64,000 nucleotides of DNA, taken from NCBI RefSeq assembly GCF_009914755.1, contig NC_060934.1. The stretch is one strand, 5' to 3'. The stretch is from the human T2T-CHM13v2.0 reference genome, Homo sapiens. The translations under genes were made by a program, and so were the position numbers. Below the pieces are notes generated by a model, which had not been told where the DNA came from, ran no database searches, and saw only the letters and a program-made list of their open reading frames with translations. Shown here one piece after another: positions 1 through 15,000 of this stretch (position 1 is its first letter; every line of letters starts with the position of its first letter).

Positions 1-3000
1 AATGGAATTTTATGGAATGGACTAAAATTGAGTAGAATAGAAGGGAATGGCAGTGAATGGAATGGAATTGAATGGAGTAGACCCAAATGTAAAGAAATCA
101 AATGGAATGGACTCAAATAGAATGGACCCAAAAGGAATGGTCTCAAATGGAATTTATTTGAATAGAATGGAATCGAATGTAATGCAATAGTATGGTTTGG
201 AATAGAATCGAATGGAATCGAATGGAATGGAACGGAATAGAATGGACTGGAATAGAGCAAAATCGAATGCAATGGATTGCAAAGTAATTGATTCGAATGG
301 AATGGAATCAAAAGGAATGTAATCAAAGTGAATGGAATGGAATGCAATGGAATGGAATAGAATGGAATGCAATGGAATGGAACGGAGTGGAATCGAGTGG
401 AATGGAATCGAATGGAATGGAACTGAATGGAATGTCCTGGAATGGAATGGACTCGAATGGAATTTACTGGAACAAAATGGAATCAAACGGATTGGAATCA
501 AACAGAACAGAATGGAAAGGAATGGAATGGACTCGAGTGGAATGGTTTTGAATGTAATGTAACCGAATGGAATGGAATCGAATGGAATGGAATTGAATGA
601 ATTCGAAAGCAATAGAATGGTGTGGAGTGTAGTGGAAAGATATCGAATGGAATGGAATAGAATGGACTCTAATGGAATGGACTGCAACTTAATGGACTCA
701 AATGAATGGACTCGAGACGAATGGACTAGAATGGAATGGAAATGAATCGAATGGAATTGAGTGCAATGGAAAGGAATAGAATGGAATGGAATCAGAAGGA
801 ACTGAATGGAATGGAATGGAGACGAATGGAATAAAATCGAAATGAATGGCATAGAATGGAATGGAATGGAATTTAATGGAATGGACTCGAATGGAATAGA
901 ATCTCATGTAATGGCATGGAATGGAATGGAATGGAATGAACCCAAATGTAATGGACACTAATGGAATGGATTCATATAGAATGGATTCAAAAGGAATGGT
1001 CTCAAATGGAATATATTTGAATAGAATGGAATCAAAGGGAATGCAAAAGTATGGAATGGAATCGAATGGAATGGACCGAAATAGAATGGACTGGAATAGA
1101 ATGGACACAAATGTAATGGATTGCAAAGAAATTGATTCGAATGCCTTCGAATAGAATGGAAGGCAATGAAATGGAATGGAATGGAATGCAAAGGAATGGA
1201 ATAGAATGCAATGGAATGGAATGGAAAGGAGTTGAATAGAGTGGAATGGTATCAAATAGAATGGAATGGAAATTAATGGAATGGACTCGAAAGGAATAGA
1301 ATCTAATGTAATGGCATGGAATGGAATGGAATGGACCCAAATGTAATGGACCCTAATGGAATGGATTCATATAGAATGGACTCAAAAGGAATGGTCTCGA
1401 ATGGAATATATTCGAATAGAATGGAATCAAAGGGAATGCAAAAGTATGGAATGGATTCGAATGGAATGGAATCGAATGGAATGTAATCAAATGGAATAGA
1501 ATGGAATGCAATGGAATGGAACGGAATGGAATTGAGTGGAATGAAATCGAATGGAATGGAATCAAAAGTAATGGAATGCAATGGAATGGACTCAAATGTA
1601 ATGGACTGGAACAAAATGGAATCTAACGGATTGGAATCATACGGAAGGGAAGGGAATGGAATGGAATGGAATGGAATGGATTCAAACGGAATGGTGTTGA
1701 ATGGAATGGAACCGAATGGAATGGAATTGAATGGAATCGAAAGGAATAGAATGAAATTGAGTGTAATGGAAAGATATCGAATGGAATGGAATGGAATGGA
1801 CTCGAATGGAATGGACTGGAGTGGAATGGACACGAATGGAATGGACCGGTGTGTTATGGACTCGAATGAAATGGAAACGAATGGAATGGAAGGGAATGGA
1901 ATGGAATGCAAAGGAACAGAATGGAATGGAATCGGATGGAATGGAATGGAGTCGAATGGAAAAGAATCCAATGGAATGGCTTCGAATGGAATGGAATGAA
2001 ATGGAATGGAATGGAAAGGATTCGACTCGAATGGAATGGACTCGAATGGAATAGAGTCGAATGGAATGGCATCGAATGAATGGAATGGAATGGAATGGCA
2101 TGGAATGGAATGGAATGGACCCAAATGTAATGTACACAAATAGAATGGACTCCAAAAGGAATGGTCTCGAATGGAATTCTTTCGAAAAGACTGGAATCGA
2201 GTTGAATGCAATATTATGGAAATGAATCAAATGGAATGGAATCAAATGGAATGTAATCAAACGGAATGGAACGGAATGCAATGGAGTGGAATAGAATAGA
2301 ATGCAATGGAATGGAAAGGAGTGGGATCGAGTGGAATTGAATCGAATAAAATGGAATTGAATAGAAGGGAATCAATTGGAATGGACTGAAATGTAATGTA
2401 CTCGAATGGATTGGCCTGGAAATAATTGGAATCGAACATATTGGAATTGAGTGGAATGGAATGGAGTGGAATGGAATGGACTCGATTGGAAGGTAGTCAA
2501 ATGGAATGGAATTGAATGGAATGGAATCGAATACAATGGAAATGAATGGAATCAAAAAGAATAGAATGGAATGGAGTGTAATGGAAAGATATCGAATGGA
2601 ATGGAATGGAATGGACAGGAAAGGAATGGACTCGAAAGGAACGGACTGGAGTGGAATGGACTCGAATGGAACGGACTGCAGTGGAATGGACTCGAATGAA
2701 AGGGAAACAAATGGAATGGAATGGAATGGAAGGGAAGGAAAAGGAAAAGAATGGAATGGAATCAGATGGAATGGAATGGAGTGGAATGAAGTCAAATGGA
2801 ATAGAATCGAATGGAATGGCATCGAATGGTATGGAATGGAATGGACTCGAATGAAATGGACACAAATGGAATACAATGGAATGGAAGGGCAAGGAATAGA
2901 ATGTAATGGAATGAAATGGAGTGGAATGGACACAAATGTAATGGACTTCAATGGAATGGACTCAAATAGAATGGACTCGAAATGAATGGTATTGAATGGA

Positions 3001-6000
3001 ATTTATTCCAACAGAATGGAACCGAATGGAATGCAATAATATGGAACGGAATCGAATAGAAACGAATCTAGTGCAATGGACCAGAGTGGAGAGGACTGGA
3101 AGAGAATGCAGTCGAATGTAATGGATTGCAATATAATTGATTCGAATGGAATGGAATCAAATGTAATATACTCAAATGCAATGGAATGGAATACAATGGA
3201 ATGCAATGTAATGGAACTGAGTGGAATTGAGTGGAATGGAATCGAGTGGAATGTAATCGAATGGAATGGAATCGAATGGAATGTTATGTTATGGAATGGA
3301 CTGGAACAAAATTGTATCGAACCAACTGGAATGGATTGGAACGGAATGGAGCGGAATGGAATTAAATGGACCAGAATGGAATGGACTGTAATGGAATGGA
3401 CTGGAACAAAATGGAATGGAACAGATTGAAATCGCGCGGAATGGAATGGAATGGAATGGACTCGAATGGAAAGGAGTCAAATGGAATGGAATCGAATGGA
3501 ATGGAATCGAATGGAATTGAATTCAATGGAATCGAAAGGAATAGAATGGAATGGAGTGTAATTGAAAGATATCGAATGGAATGAAATGGAAATGACTCGA
3601 ATGGAATGGACTGGAATGTAATGGACATGATTGGAAAGGTACTGGAGTGGAATGGACTCGAATGCAAAGAAAACGAATGGAATTGAAAAGAATGGAACAG
3701 AAAGGAATAGAATGGAATGGAAGCGGATGGGATGGAATGCAGTGGAACAGAATGGTCTCAAATGGAATGGACTCGAATGGAATAGAATAGAATGGAATGG
3801 CATCAAATGGAATGGAAAGGAATGGAGCGTAATGGAAAGATATCAAATGGAATGGAATGGACTTCAATGGACTGGGCTGGATTAGAATTTTCTCGAATGG
3901 AATGGACTGGAGTGGAATGGACTGGAATGGAATGAAAATGAATGGAATGGAATGGAATGGAAAGGAAAGAATGGAATGGAATCAGATTGAAAGGAATGGA
4001 ATGGAATGGAGTCAAATGGCATAGAATCCAATGGAATGGCTTCGAATGGAACGGAATGGAATGAAATGGAATGGAATGAAGTTGAATGGAATGGACTCAA
4101 ATGAAATAGAATCGAATGGAATGGCATCGAATGGAATGGAATGGAAAGGAATGGAATAGACCCAAATGTAATGTATTCAAATGGAATGGACTCAATTAGA
4201 ATGAACTTGAAAGGAATGGTCTCGAATGGAATTTATTCGAATTGAATGGAATCGAATGGAATGCAATAATATGGAATGGAATTGAATGGATGGAGTCAAA
4301 TGGAATGGACCGGAATGGAAGGACTGGAAGAAAATGGACAGGAATGTAATGTATTGCAATGTAATTGATTCGAATGGAATGGAATCTAATGGAATGTAAT
4401 CAAAGGGGGAGGAATGGAATGCAATGAAATGGAATAGAATGGAATGCACTGGAATGGAACGGAGTGGAATCGAGCGGAATGGAATCAAATGGAATGGAAT
4501 AGAATGGAATGGAATCGATAGGAATGGATTGGAATATAATGGACTCGAATGGATTGGACTGGAAAAAAATGGAATCGGACAGATTGGAATCAAACAGAAT
4601 GTAATGGAATTGAATGGAATGGACTCGAATGGAATGGAAAGGAATAGAATGGAATTGAAAGGGATTGAAAGGAATAGAATGGAATGGAGTGTAATGGACA
4701 GAAATCGAACCGAATGGAATGGAATGGACTTGAATGTAATGTACTAGAATTGAATTGACTCGAATGGAATGGATGGGAGTGGAATGGATGCGAATGGAAA
4801 TGAAACGAATGGAATGGAATGGAATGGAATGGAATGGAATGGAATAGAATGGATTGGAATTGGATGGAACGCAATGGAATGTAATGGAGTCGAATGGAAT
4901 GGACTCGAATGGAATGGAATGGCATTGAATGCAATTTAATGGAATGGAATGGACCCAATTGTAATGGACTGGAATGGAATGGACTCAAATAGAATGGACT
5001 CAAAAGGAAGGGTCTCGAATGGAATTTATTCGATTAGAATGGAAAGGAATGGAATGCAATAGTATGGAATGGTATCGAATGGAATGGAATCGAATGGAGT
5101 GGACCAGAATGGAGTGGACTGTAATAGAATGGACAGGAATGTAATGGATTGCAATGTAATTGATTTTAATGGAATGGAATCGAATGGAATAGAAAGGAAT
5201 GGAGTGGAATGGAAAGATAAAAAAGGAATGCAATTTAATGGAATGGACTCGAGTGGAATGGACTGGAATGGAATGCACTCGAATGGAATGGACTTGAATG
5301 GAATTGGCAGGAGTGGAATGGACTCGAATGGCATGGAAATTAATGGAATGGAATGGAATGGAAAAGTATAGAATGGAATGGAATGGGATGGAACGGAATG
5401 GAGTCGAATGGAATAGAATCGAATGGAATGGCATCAAATGGAATGAAATGAAATGGAATGGAATGGACTCGAATGGAATGCACTTGAATGGAATATAATT
5501 GAATGGAATGGCATCGAATGTAATGGAATGGAATGTCATGGAATGGAAAGGACCCAAATGTATTGGAATCGAATGGAACCCAGCAATATGGAATGGAATC
5601 GAATGGAATGGAATCAAATGGAATGGACTGCAAAGGAATGGACTGGAATAGAACGGACACGAATGTAATGTATTGCAACGTGATTGATTCGAATGGTATG
5701 GAATCGAATGGAATGCAATCAAATGTAATGAAATGGAATGCAATGGAATGGAATAGAATGGAATGAAATGGAATGGAACACAGTGGAATCGAGTGGAATG
5801 TAATCGAATGGAATGGAATCAAATGGAATGTACTGGAATGGAATGGAATGGAATGGAATAAATTGGAACATAATGGAATCGAACAGATTGGAATTGAACG
5901 GAACGGAATGGAATGGAAAGGAATCGAATGGAATGGAGTCGAATGGAAAGGAATCAAATGGAATGGAATTGAATGGCATTGAATCGAATGAAATGGAGTT

Positions 6001-9000
6001 GAATGGAATGGAAAGAATAGAATGGAATGGAGCGTAATGGAAAGATATCAAATGAAATGGAATGGAATGGAATGGACTCGAATGGAATTGACTGGAATGC
6101 AATGAACTCGAATGAAATGGACAGTAGTGGAATGGACTCGAATGGAATGGAAACTAATGGAATGGATTTGAATAGAATGGAATGGAAAGGAATAGAATGG
6201 AATGGAATCAGATGGAAAGGAATTGAATGGAATGGAGTCAAATGGAATATAATCGAATGGAAAGGAATCAAATGGAATGGAATGGAATGGAATGCAATAG
6301 AACGGAATTGAATGTAATGGTTTCCAATGCTATTGATTTGAATGGAATGGAAACGAATGGAACGTACTCAAATGGAACGGAGTGGTATGCAATGGAATGG
6401 ATTAGAACGGAATGCAGGGGAATTGAACGGAGTGGAATTGAGTGGAATGAAGTCGAATGGAATGGAATCGAATGGAAGGGAATCGAATGTAATGGACTGG
6501 AATGGAATGAACTCGAATGGTATGAGCTGGAACATATTGGAATGGAAAGGATTAGAGTCGAACTGAAGGGAATGGAATTGAATGGATTGCAAGGGAATTG
6601 ACTCAAATGGAATGGAGTCGAAAGGAATGGAACTGAATTGAATAAAATCGAATGTAATCAAATGGAAAGTAACGGAATGCAATGGAATGGAATAGAATGG
6701 AATGCAATGGAATGGAATGGAGTGGAATCAAGTGGAATTGAATTGAATGGAATGGAATCGAATGGAATGGAATAGAATGGAATGGAATCAAATAGATTGG
6801 AATTGAATGGAAATGAAAGGAATAGAATGGAATTGAGTGTAATTGAAAGATATCGAATGGAATGGAATGGAATGGACTCGAATGGAATGGACTGGAATGG
6901 AATGGACCCGAATGGAATAGACTGGAGTGGAATGGACTAGAAAGGAATGGAAACGAATGGAATGGAATGGAATGGAATGGAATAGAATGTAAAGGAATTG
7001 AAAAGAATGGAATGGAATGGAATAGAATGTAAAGGAATGGAAAGGAATGGAATGGAATGGAGTCGAATGCAATAGAATCGAATAGAATGGCATCGAATGG
7101 ACTGGAAAGGAATGGTATGGAATGGAGAGAACTCGAATGAAATTGACTCAAATGGAATGGGCACAAATGGAATAGAATTGAATGGAATGTCACGGAATAG
7201 AATGGAATAGAATGGACAAAAAGGTAATGGACTCGAATGGAATGGACTCAAATAGAATGGACTCGAAAGGAATGGTCTCGAAAGAAACTTATTTCAATTG
7301 AATGAATTCTAACGGAAAGAAATAGTATGGAATGGAATCGAATGGAATGGCTTCGAATTGAATGGATCAGAATGGAATGGACTGGAATAGAATGGACTTG
7401 AATGCAATGGATTGCAATGTAATAGGTTCGAAAGGAATGTAATCAAATGGAATGGAATGGAATGCAATGGAATGGAATAGAATGGATTGCAATGGAATGG
7501 AAAAGAGTGGAATCGAGTGGAATGGAATCAAATGGAATGGAATCGAATGGAATGGACTGGAATAAAATTGAATCGAATGGAAAGGGATAGAATGGAATAG
7601 AATGGAATGGAATGGAATGGACTAGAATGGAATGGAGTCGAATGGAATGGAATCGAATGGATTGGAATCGAATGGAATGGAATTGAATTGAATCAAAAGG
7701 AATGGAATGGAAAGGAGTGTAATGGAAAGATATCAAATGATATGAAATGGAATTAAATGAAATGGACTTGAACAGAATGATCTGGAGTGGAATGGACTCT
7801 AATGGAATGGACTGGAATGGAATAGACTCGAATGGAATGGACTGGATTGGAATGGACATGAATGGAATGGAAACAAATAGAATGGAATGCAGTGGAATAG
7901 AATGGAACGGAATAGAATGGAATGGAATTGGATGGAACGGAATGGAATGGAATGGAGTCGAATGCAATAGAATCGAATGAAATGGCATCTAATGGAATGG
8001 ACTGGAATTTAATGGAATGGAAGGGACTTTAAAGCAATGGATTCGAATGGAAGATAATCGAATGGAATGGCATCGAATGGAATGGAATGAAATGTCATGG
8101 AATGGAATTTACCCAAAGGTAATGGACTAGAAACGAATGGACTCAAATAGAATGGACTCGAAAGGAATGGTCTGGAATGGAATTTATTCGAATAGAATGG
8201 AATTGAATGGAATGCAGTAGTATGGAATTGATTCAAATAGAATGGAATTGAAAGGAATGGACAGGAAAGGAATGGCATGGAATAGAATGGACACGAATGT
8301 AATGGATTGCAATGTGATTGATTCGAATGGAATGGAATCGAATTCAATGTAATCAAATGGAATGGAATTGAATGCAATGTAATGAAATAGAATGGAATCC
8401 GATGGAATGGAACGCAGTGGAATCGAGTGGAATGGAATCGAATGGAATGGACTGGAATAAAATGGAGTCGAATGGAATGGACTGGAACATAATGGAATCA
8501 AACGGATTGGAATTGAAAGGAAGGGAGTGGAATGGAATGGAATGGAATGGAATGGACTTGAATGGAGTGGAGTCGAATGGAATGGAATCGAATGAAATGG
8601 ATTTGAATGGAATCAAAAGGAAAAGAATGGGATGGATTGTGATGGAAAGATATCGAATGGAATGAAATGGAATGGAATGGACTCTAATGGAATGGACTGG
8701 AATGCAATCAACTCGAATGGAAAGGACTGGAGTGGAATGGACTTGACGGGAATGGAAACGAATGGAATGGAATGGAATGGAAAGGAATAGAATGGAATGG
8801 AATCGGATGGAATGGAATGGAATGGAATGGAATGGAGTCGTATGGAATATAATCGAATGGAATGGAATCAAATGGAATGGAATGACATTGAATGGAATGG
8901 GCTCAAATGGAATGGAATCGGATGGAATGGAATGGAATGGAATGGAGTCGTATGGAATATAATCGAATGGAATGGAATCAAATGGAATGGAATGAAATCG

Positions 9001-12000
9001 AATGGAATGGGCTCAAATGGAATGGACTCGAATGGAATGAATTAAATGGAATGGCCTGGAATTGAATGGAATGGAATGGAACCAAATATAATGGACTCGA
9101 ACGGAATGGACTCAAATAGAATGTACTCAAAAGGAATGGTCTTGAATGAAATTTATTCAAATAGAATGGAATCAAATGGATTTGCAATAGTAAGGAATGG
9201 AATCAAATGGAATGGAATCGAATGGAATATACCGGAAAGGAATGGACTGGAATGGAATAGACTCGAATGGAATAGACTGGAGCAAATAGGAATCGAATGG
9301 ATTAGAATCGAATGGAATGGAATGGACTCGAATTCAATGGAGTCTAATGGAATGGAATCGAATGGAATGGAATCGAATGGAATGGAATTGAATGGAAACG
9401 AAAGGAATAGAATGGAATGGAGTGTAATGGGAATATATGAAATGGAATGGAATGGAATGGAATCAAATGGAATGGACTGGAATGAAAAGGAATCTAATGG
9501 AAGGGACTGGAATGGAATGGACTCGAATGGAATGGAAACGAATAGAATGAAATGAAATGCAATGCAATGGAATGAAAGGTATAGTATGGAATGGAATCAA
9601 ATGGAATGGAATGGAAGGGAATGGAGTCGAATGGAATATAATCGAATGGAATGGCATCGAATGAAATGGAATGGAATGGACCCGAATATAATGGAGTCGA
9701 ATGGAATGGACACAAATAGAATGGATTTGAAAGGAATGGTCTCGAATGGAATTTATACAAATAGACGGGAATCGAATGGAATGCAATAGTATGGAATGGA
9801 ATTGAATGGAATGGAAACAAATGGAATGGACTGGAATGGAATGGACTGGAATAGAACGGACTCGATTGTAACATATTGCAATGTAATTGATTCAAATGGA
9901 ATCGAATGGAATGTAATCAAAAGGAATGGAATGGAATGCAATGGAATGGAATTGTATGGAATGCAATGGAATTTAATGGAGTGAAATCGATTGGAATGGA
10001 ATTGAATGGAATGGAATAGAATGGAATGCAATCAAATGGAATGGAGTCGAATGGAATGAACTGGAACAAAATGGAATCAAATGGATTGGAATCAAAGGGA
10101 ACGGAATGGAATGGAAACCAATGGAATGGAAAGGACTCGAATGGAATGGAGTCGAATAGAAAGGAATTGAATGGAATAGAATCTAATGGAATTGAATCGA
10201 AGGAAATGGAATTGAAAGGAATCGAATGGTATAGAATAGAATGGGGTGTAATGGAAAGATATCAAATGGAATGGAATGGAATGAAATGGAATCGAATGGC
10301 ATGGACTGGAATAGAATAAACTCGAAAGGAATGGAGTCAAAAGGAATGGAATCGAATGGAATGGAATTGAAAGGAATTAAAGGAATAGAATGGAATGGAG
10401 TGTAATGGAAAGATATCAAATGGAATGGAAAGGAAATGATTGGACTCGAATGGAATGGACTGGAATGGAATAGAATCTAATGGAATGTACTGGAGTGGAA
10501 TGGACTCGAATGGAATGGACTGGAGTGTATTGGACTAGAATGGAATGGAAACGAAAGGAATGGAATGGAATGGAAAGGAATAGAATGGAATGGAATTGTA
10601 TAGAACTGAAAGGAATGGAATGCAGTCATATGGAATGGCATCAAATGGAAAGACTGGAATGGGATGGAATGGAATGGACTCGAATGGAATCGACTCAAAT
10701 GGATTATAATAGAATGGAATGTCATTGAGTGGAATGGAATGGAATGGCATGGAAGGGAATGGAACCAAATGTAATGGACTCGAAAGGAATGGACTTAAAT
10801 AAAAATGGACTCAAAAGGAATGGTTTCGAATGGAATTTATTCGAATAGAATGGAATCAAATGTAATGCAATAGTATGGAATGGAATCGACAGGATTAGAA
10901 TAGAATGGAATGGACCGGAATGGAATGGACTGGTATAGAATGGACTCTCATGTAATGGATTGCAATGTAATTGATTCGAATGGAATGGAATCCAATGGAC
11001 TGTAATCAAATGGAATGAAATGCAATGCAATGGAATGGAATAGAATGGAAAGCAATGGAATGGAACGGACTGCAATATTGTGGAATGGAATCGAATGGAA
11101 TGGAATCGAATGGAATGGAATCGAATGGAATGGAATCGAATGGAATGGAAACGAATGAAATGGAATGGAATGGGATGGAAAGAAATAGGATGGAATGGAA
11201 TCGGATGGATCTTAGTGGAATTTATTGGAGTCAAATGGAATAGAACCGAATGGAATGGCATCGAATGGAATGGAATGGAATGGAATCGAATGGAATGGAA
11301 TCGAATGGAATAGAATAGAATAGAATGGCTTCGAATGGAATGGAATAGAATGAAACGGAATGGAATGGAATTTAATTGAATGGACAGAAATGTAATGGAC
11401 TCGAATGGAATGGACTCAAATAGAATGGACTCGAAAGGAATGGTCTTGAATGGAATTTATTTGAATAGAATGGAATTGAATGGAATGCTATAGTATGGAA
11501 TGGAATCGAATGGAATGCATACGAATGGAATGGACCGGAATATGATGGACTGGAATAGAATGGACTCGAATGTAATGGAATGCAATGTAATTGATTTGAA
11601 TGGAATGGAATCGAATGGAATGCAATCAAAAGCAATGGAATGGAATGCAATGGAATGGAATTGAATGGAATGCAATGGCACGGAATGGAGTGGAACTGAG
11701 TGTAATGGAATCAAATGGAATATAATCTAAGGAATGGAATCAAATAGAATGGACTGGAATGGAATGCACTCGAATGGAATGGACTGGAATAAAATGAAAT
11801 CGAACAGATTGGTATCAAATGGAACGGAATAGAATTGAATGGAATGGAACAGACTCGAATTGAATGGCGTCAAATGGAATGGAGTTGAATGGAATGTAAT
11901 GGAATGGAATGGAATGGAATGGAATGGACTCGAATGGAAATGACTGGACTGGAATAGACTCGAATGGAATGTAAATGAATGGAATGGAATGGAATGGAAC

Positions 12001-15000
12001 GAATACAGTGGAACGGAATCGGATGGAACAGAATGGAATGGAATGCAGTCGAATGGAATGTAATGGAATGGAATGGACTCAAATGGAATGGACTGGAATG
12101 GAATGGACTCGAATGGAAATGACTGGACTGGAATGGACTCGAATGGAATGGAAATGAATGGAATGGAATGGAATGGAACGAATACACTGGAATGGAATCG
12201 GATGGAAGAGAATGGAATGGACTGCTGTCGAATGGCATAGCGTCGAATGGAATGGCATCGAAAGGAATGGAATGGAATGGAATGGAATGGACTTGAATGC
12301 AATGGACTCGAATGGAATGGACTGGATTGGAATGGACTCGAATGGAATGGACTGTATTGGAATGGACTCGAATGGAATGGAATGGAATGGAATGGAATGG
12401 AATGGAATGGAAAGGAATAGAATTGAATTGAATTGGATGGAAGGGAATGGAATGGAATTGAGTCAAATGGAATAGAATCAAATGGAATGGCATCGAATGG
12501 CATGGAATGGATTGGAATGGAATTGAAAGGACTGGAATGGAATGGACTTGAATGGAATAGAACAGAATGGATTGGCATCGAATATAATGGAATGGAATAG
12601 AATAGATTGGAATGGCATCGAATATAATGGAAAGGAATGGAATAGAATGGAACGGAATGGAATGGAACGGAATAGATCCCAATGTAATGGACTCTAATGG
12701 AATGGCCTTAAATAGAATGGACTCAAAAGGAATCGCCTCAAATGGAATTTAATCAATAGAATGTCATCGAATGGAATGCAATAGTATGGAATGGAATTGA
12801 ATGGAATGGAATCGAACGGAATGGACCGGAATAAAATGGACTGGAAAAGAATGGACTCGGATGTAATGGATTGCAATGTAATTGATTCGAATGGAATGGA
12901 ATCAAATGGAATGTAATCAAATGGAATGGAATGGAATGGAATGGAATAGAATGGAATCCAATCGAGTGGAACGGAGTGCAATAGAGTGGAATGGAATCAA
13001 ATAGAATGGAATGGAATGGAATGGAAACGAATGGAATTGACTAGACTGGAATGGACTTGAATGGAATGGATTGAAACAAAATGGAATCGAACAGATTGGT
13101 ATCGAATGGAATGGAATGATTTGGAATGGAATGTAATCGAATGTTGTGGAGTTGAATGGAATGTAACCACAAGAAGTGGAATTGAATGGAATCGAAAGGA
13201 ATAGAATGGAATGGAGTGTAATGGAAAGATATCGATTGGAATGGAATGGACTCGAATGGAATGGACGGGAATGAAATGGGCTCAAATGGAATGGACTGGA
13301 GTGGAATGGACCATAATGGAATGGAACTGAATGGAATGGAATGGAATGGAATGGAAAAGAATAGATTGAAATGGAATCGGATGGAATAGAACGGAATGGA
13401 AAGGAGCCGAATGAAATAGAATCGAATGGAATGGCATCAAAAGGAATGGAATGGAATGGAATGGACTCAAAAGGAATGGACTCGAATGGAATGGAATGGA
13501 ATGGAATGGAATGAAAGGAATAGGATGGAATGGAGTTTGAAGGAAGGGAATGGAATTGAATGGATTGTAATGGAATAGAATCGAATGGAATGGCATCGAA
13601 TGGAATAGAATAGAATGGAAAGTAATGGACTCGAATGGAATGGACTCAAATACAATGGACTCGAAAGGAATGGTGTCAAATGGAATTTATTCAATAGAAT
13701 GGCATCAAATGGAATGCAATAGTATGGAATGGAATCGAATGGAATGGAATCAAATGGAGTGGACCAGAATGGAGTGGATGGAATAGAACGGATTCGAATG
13801 TAATGGATTGCAATGTAATTGATCCATAAATAATGGAATCGAACGGAAGGTTATCAAATGAAATGGAAAGGAATGCAATGGAATGGAATAGAATGGAATG
13901 CAATGGAAAGGAACGGAGTGGAATCGAGTGAAATGGAATCAAATGGAATGGAGTCGAATGGAATTGAATCAAATGGAATGGATTCGAATGGAACGGACTG
14001 AAAGAAAATGGAATCAAACGGATTCTAATCGAACGGAACGGAATGGAATGGAATGGAAAGGAATGGACTCGAAAGGAATGGAGTTGAATGGAATGGAACC
14101 GAATGGAATGGAATCGAGTGGAATGGAATTGAAAGGAATAGAATGGAATGGACTTTAATGGAAAGATATTGAAAGGAATGGAATAGACACCAATGGAAAG
14201 AACTGGAATGGAATTGAATCGAATGGAATGGTCTGGAGTGGAATGGACTCGAAAAGAATGGAAACGAACGAAATGGAATGGAATGGAATGGAAAGGAATA
14301 GAATGGAATGGAATCAGATGAAACGGAATGGAATGGAATCGGATGAAATGGAATAGAATGGCATGTAGTCGAATGGAATAGAATCAAATGGAATGGCATT
14401 GAATGGAATGGAATGGAATGGAATGGACTCGAATGGCATGAACTCGAATGGAATAGAACAGAATGTAATGGCATCAAATGGAATGGAAATGTATGTATTG
14501 GAATGGAAAGGATTGGAATGGTTCCAAATATAATGGACTCGAATGGAATGGACTCAAATAGAATGGACTCGAAAGGAATGGTCTCAAATGGAATTTATTC
14601 TAATAGAATGGAATCGAATGGAATGCAATAGTATGGAATGGAATCGAATGGAATGGAATCAAATGGAATGGAACGGAATGGAATGGACTGGAATAGAATG
14701 GACTCGAATTTAATGGATTGCAATTTATTTCATTTAAATGGAATGGAATCGATTGGAATGTAAAGAAATGGAATGGAATGGAATGGAATGCAATGGAATG
14801 GAATAAAATGGAAAGCAATGGAATGAAACGGGGTGGAATCGAGTGGAATGGAATGGAATGGAATGGAATGGAATGGAATGGAAACGAATAGAATGAACTG
14901 GAATGGAATGGACTGGAACAAAATGGAATCGAAAGGATTGGAATCGAACAGAAAGGAATGGAATGGAACTGAATGGAAAGGAATGGAGTCGAATGGAATG

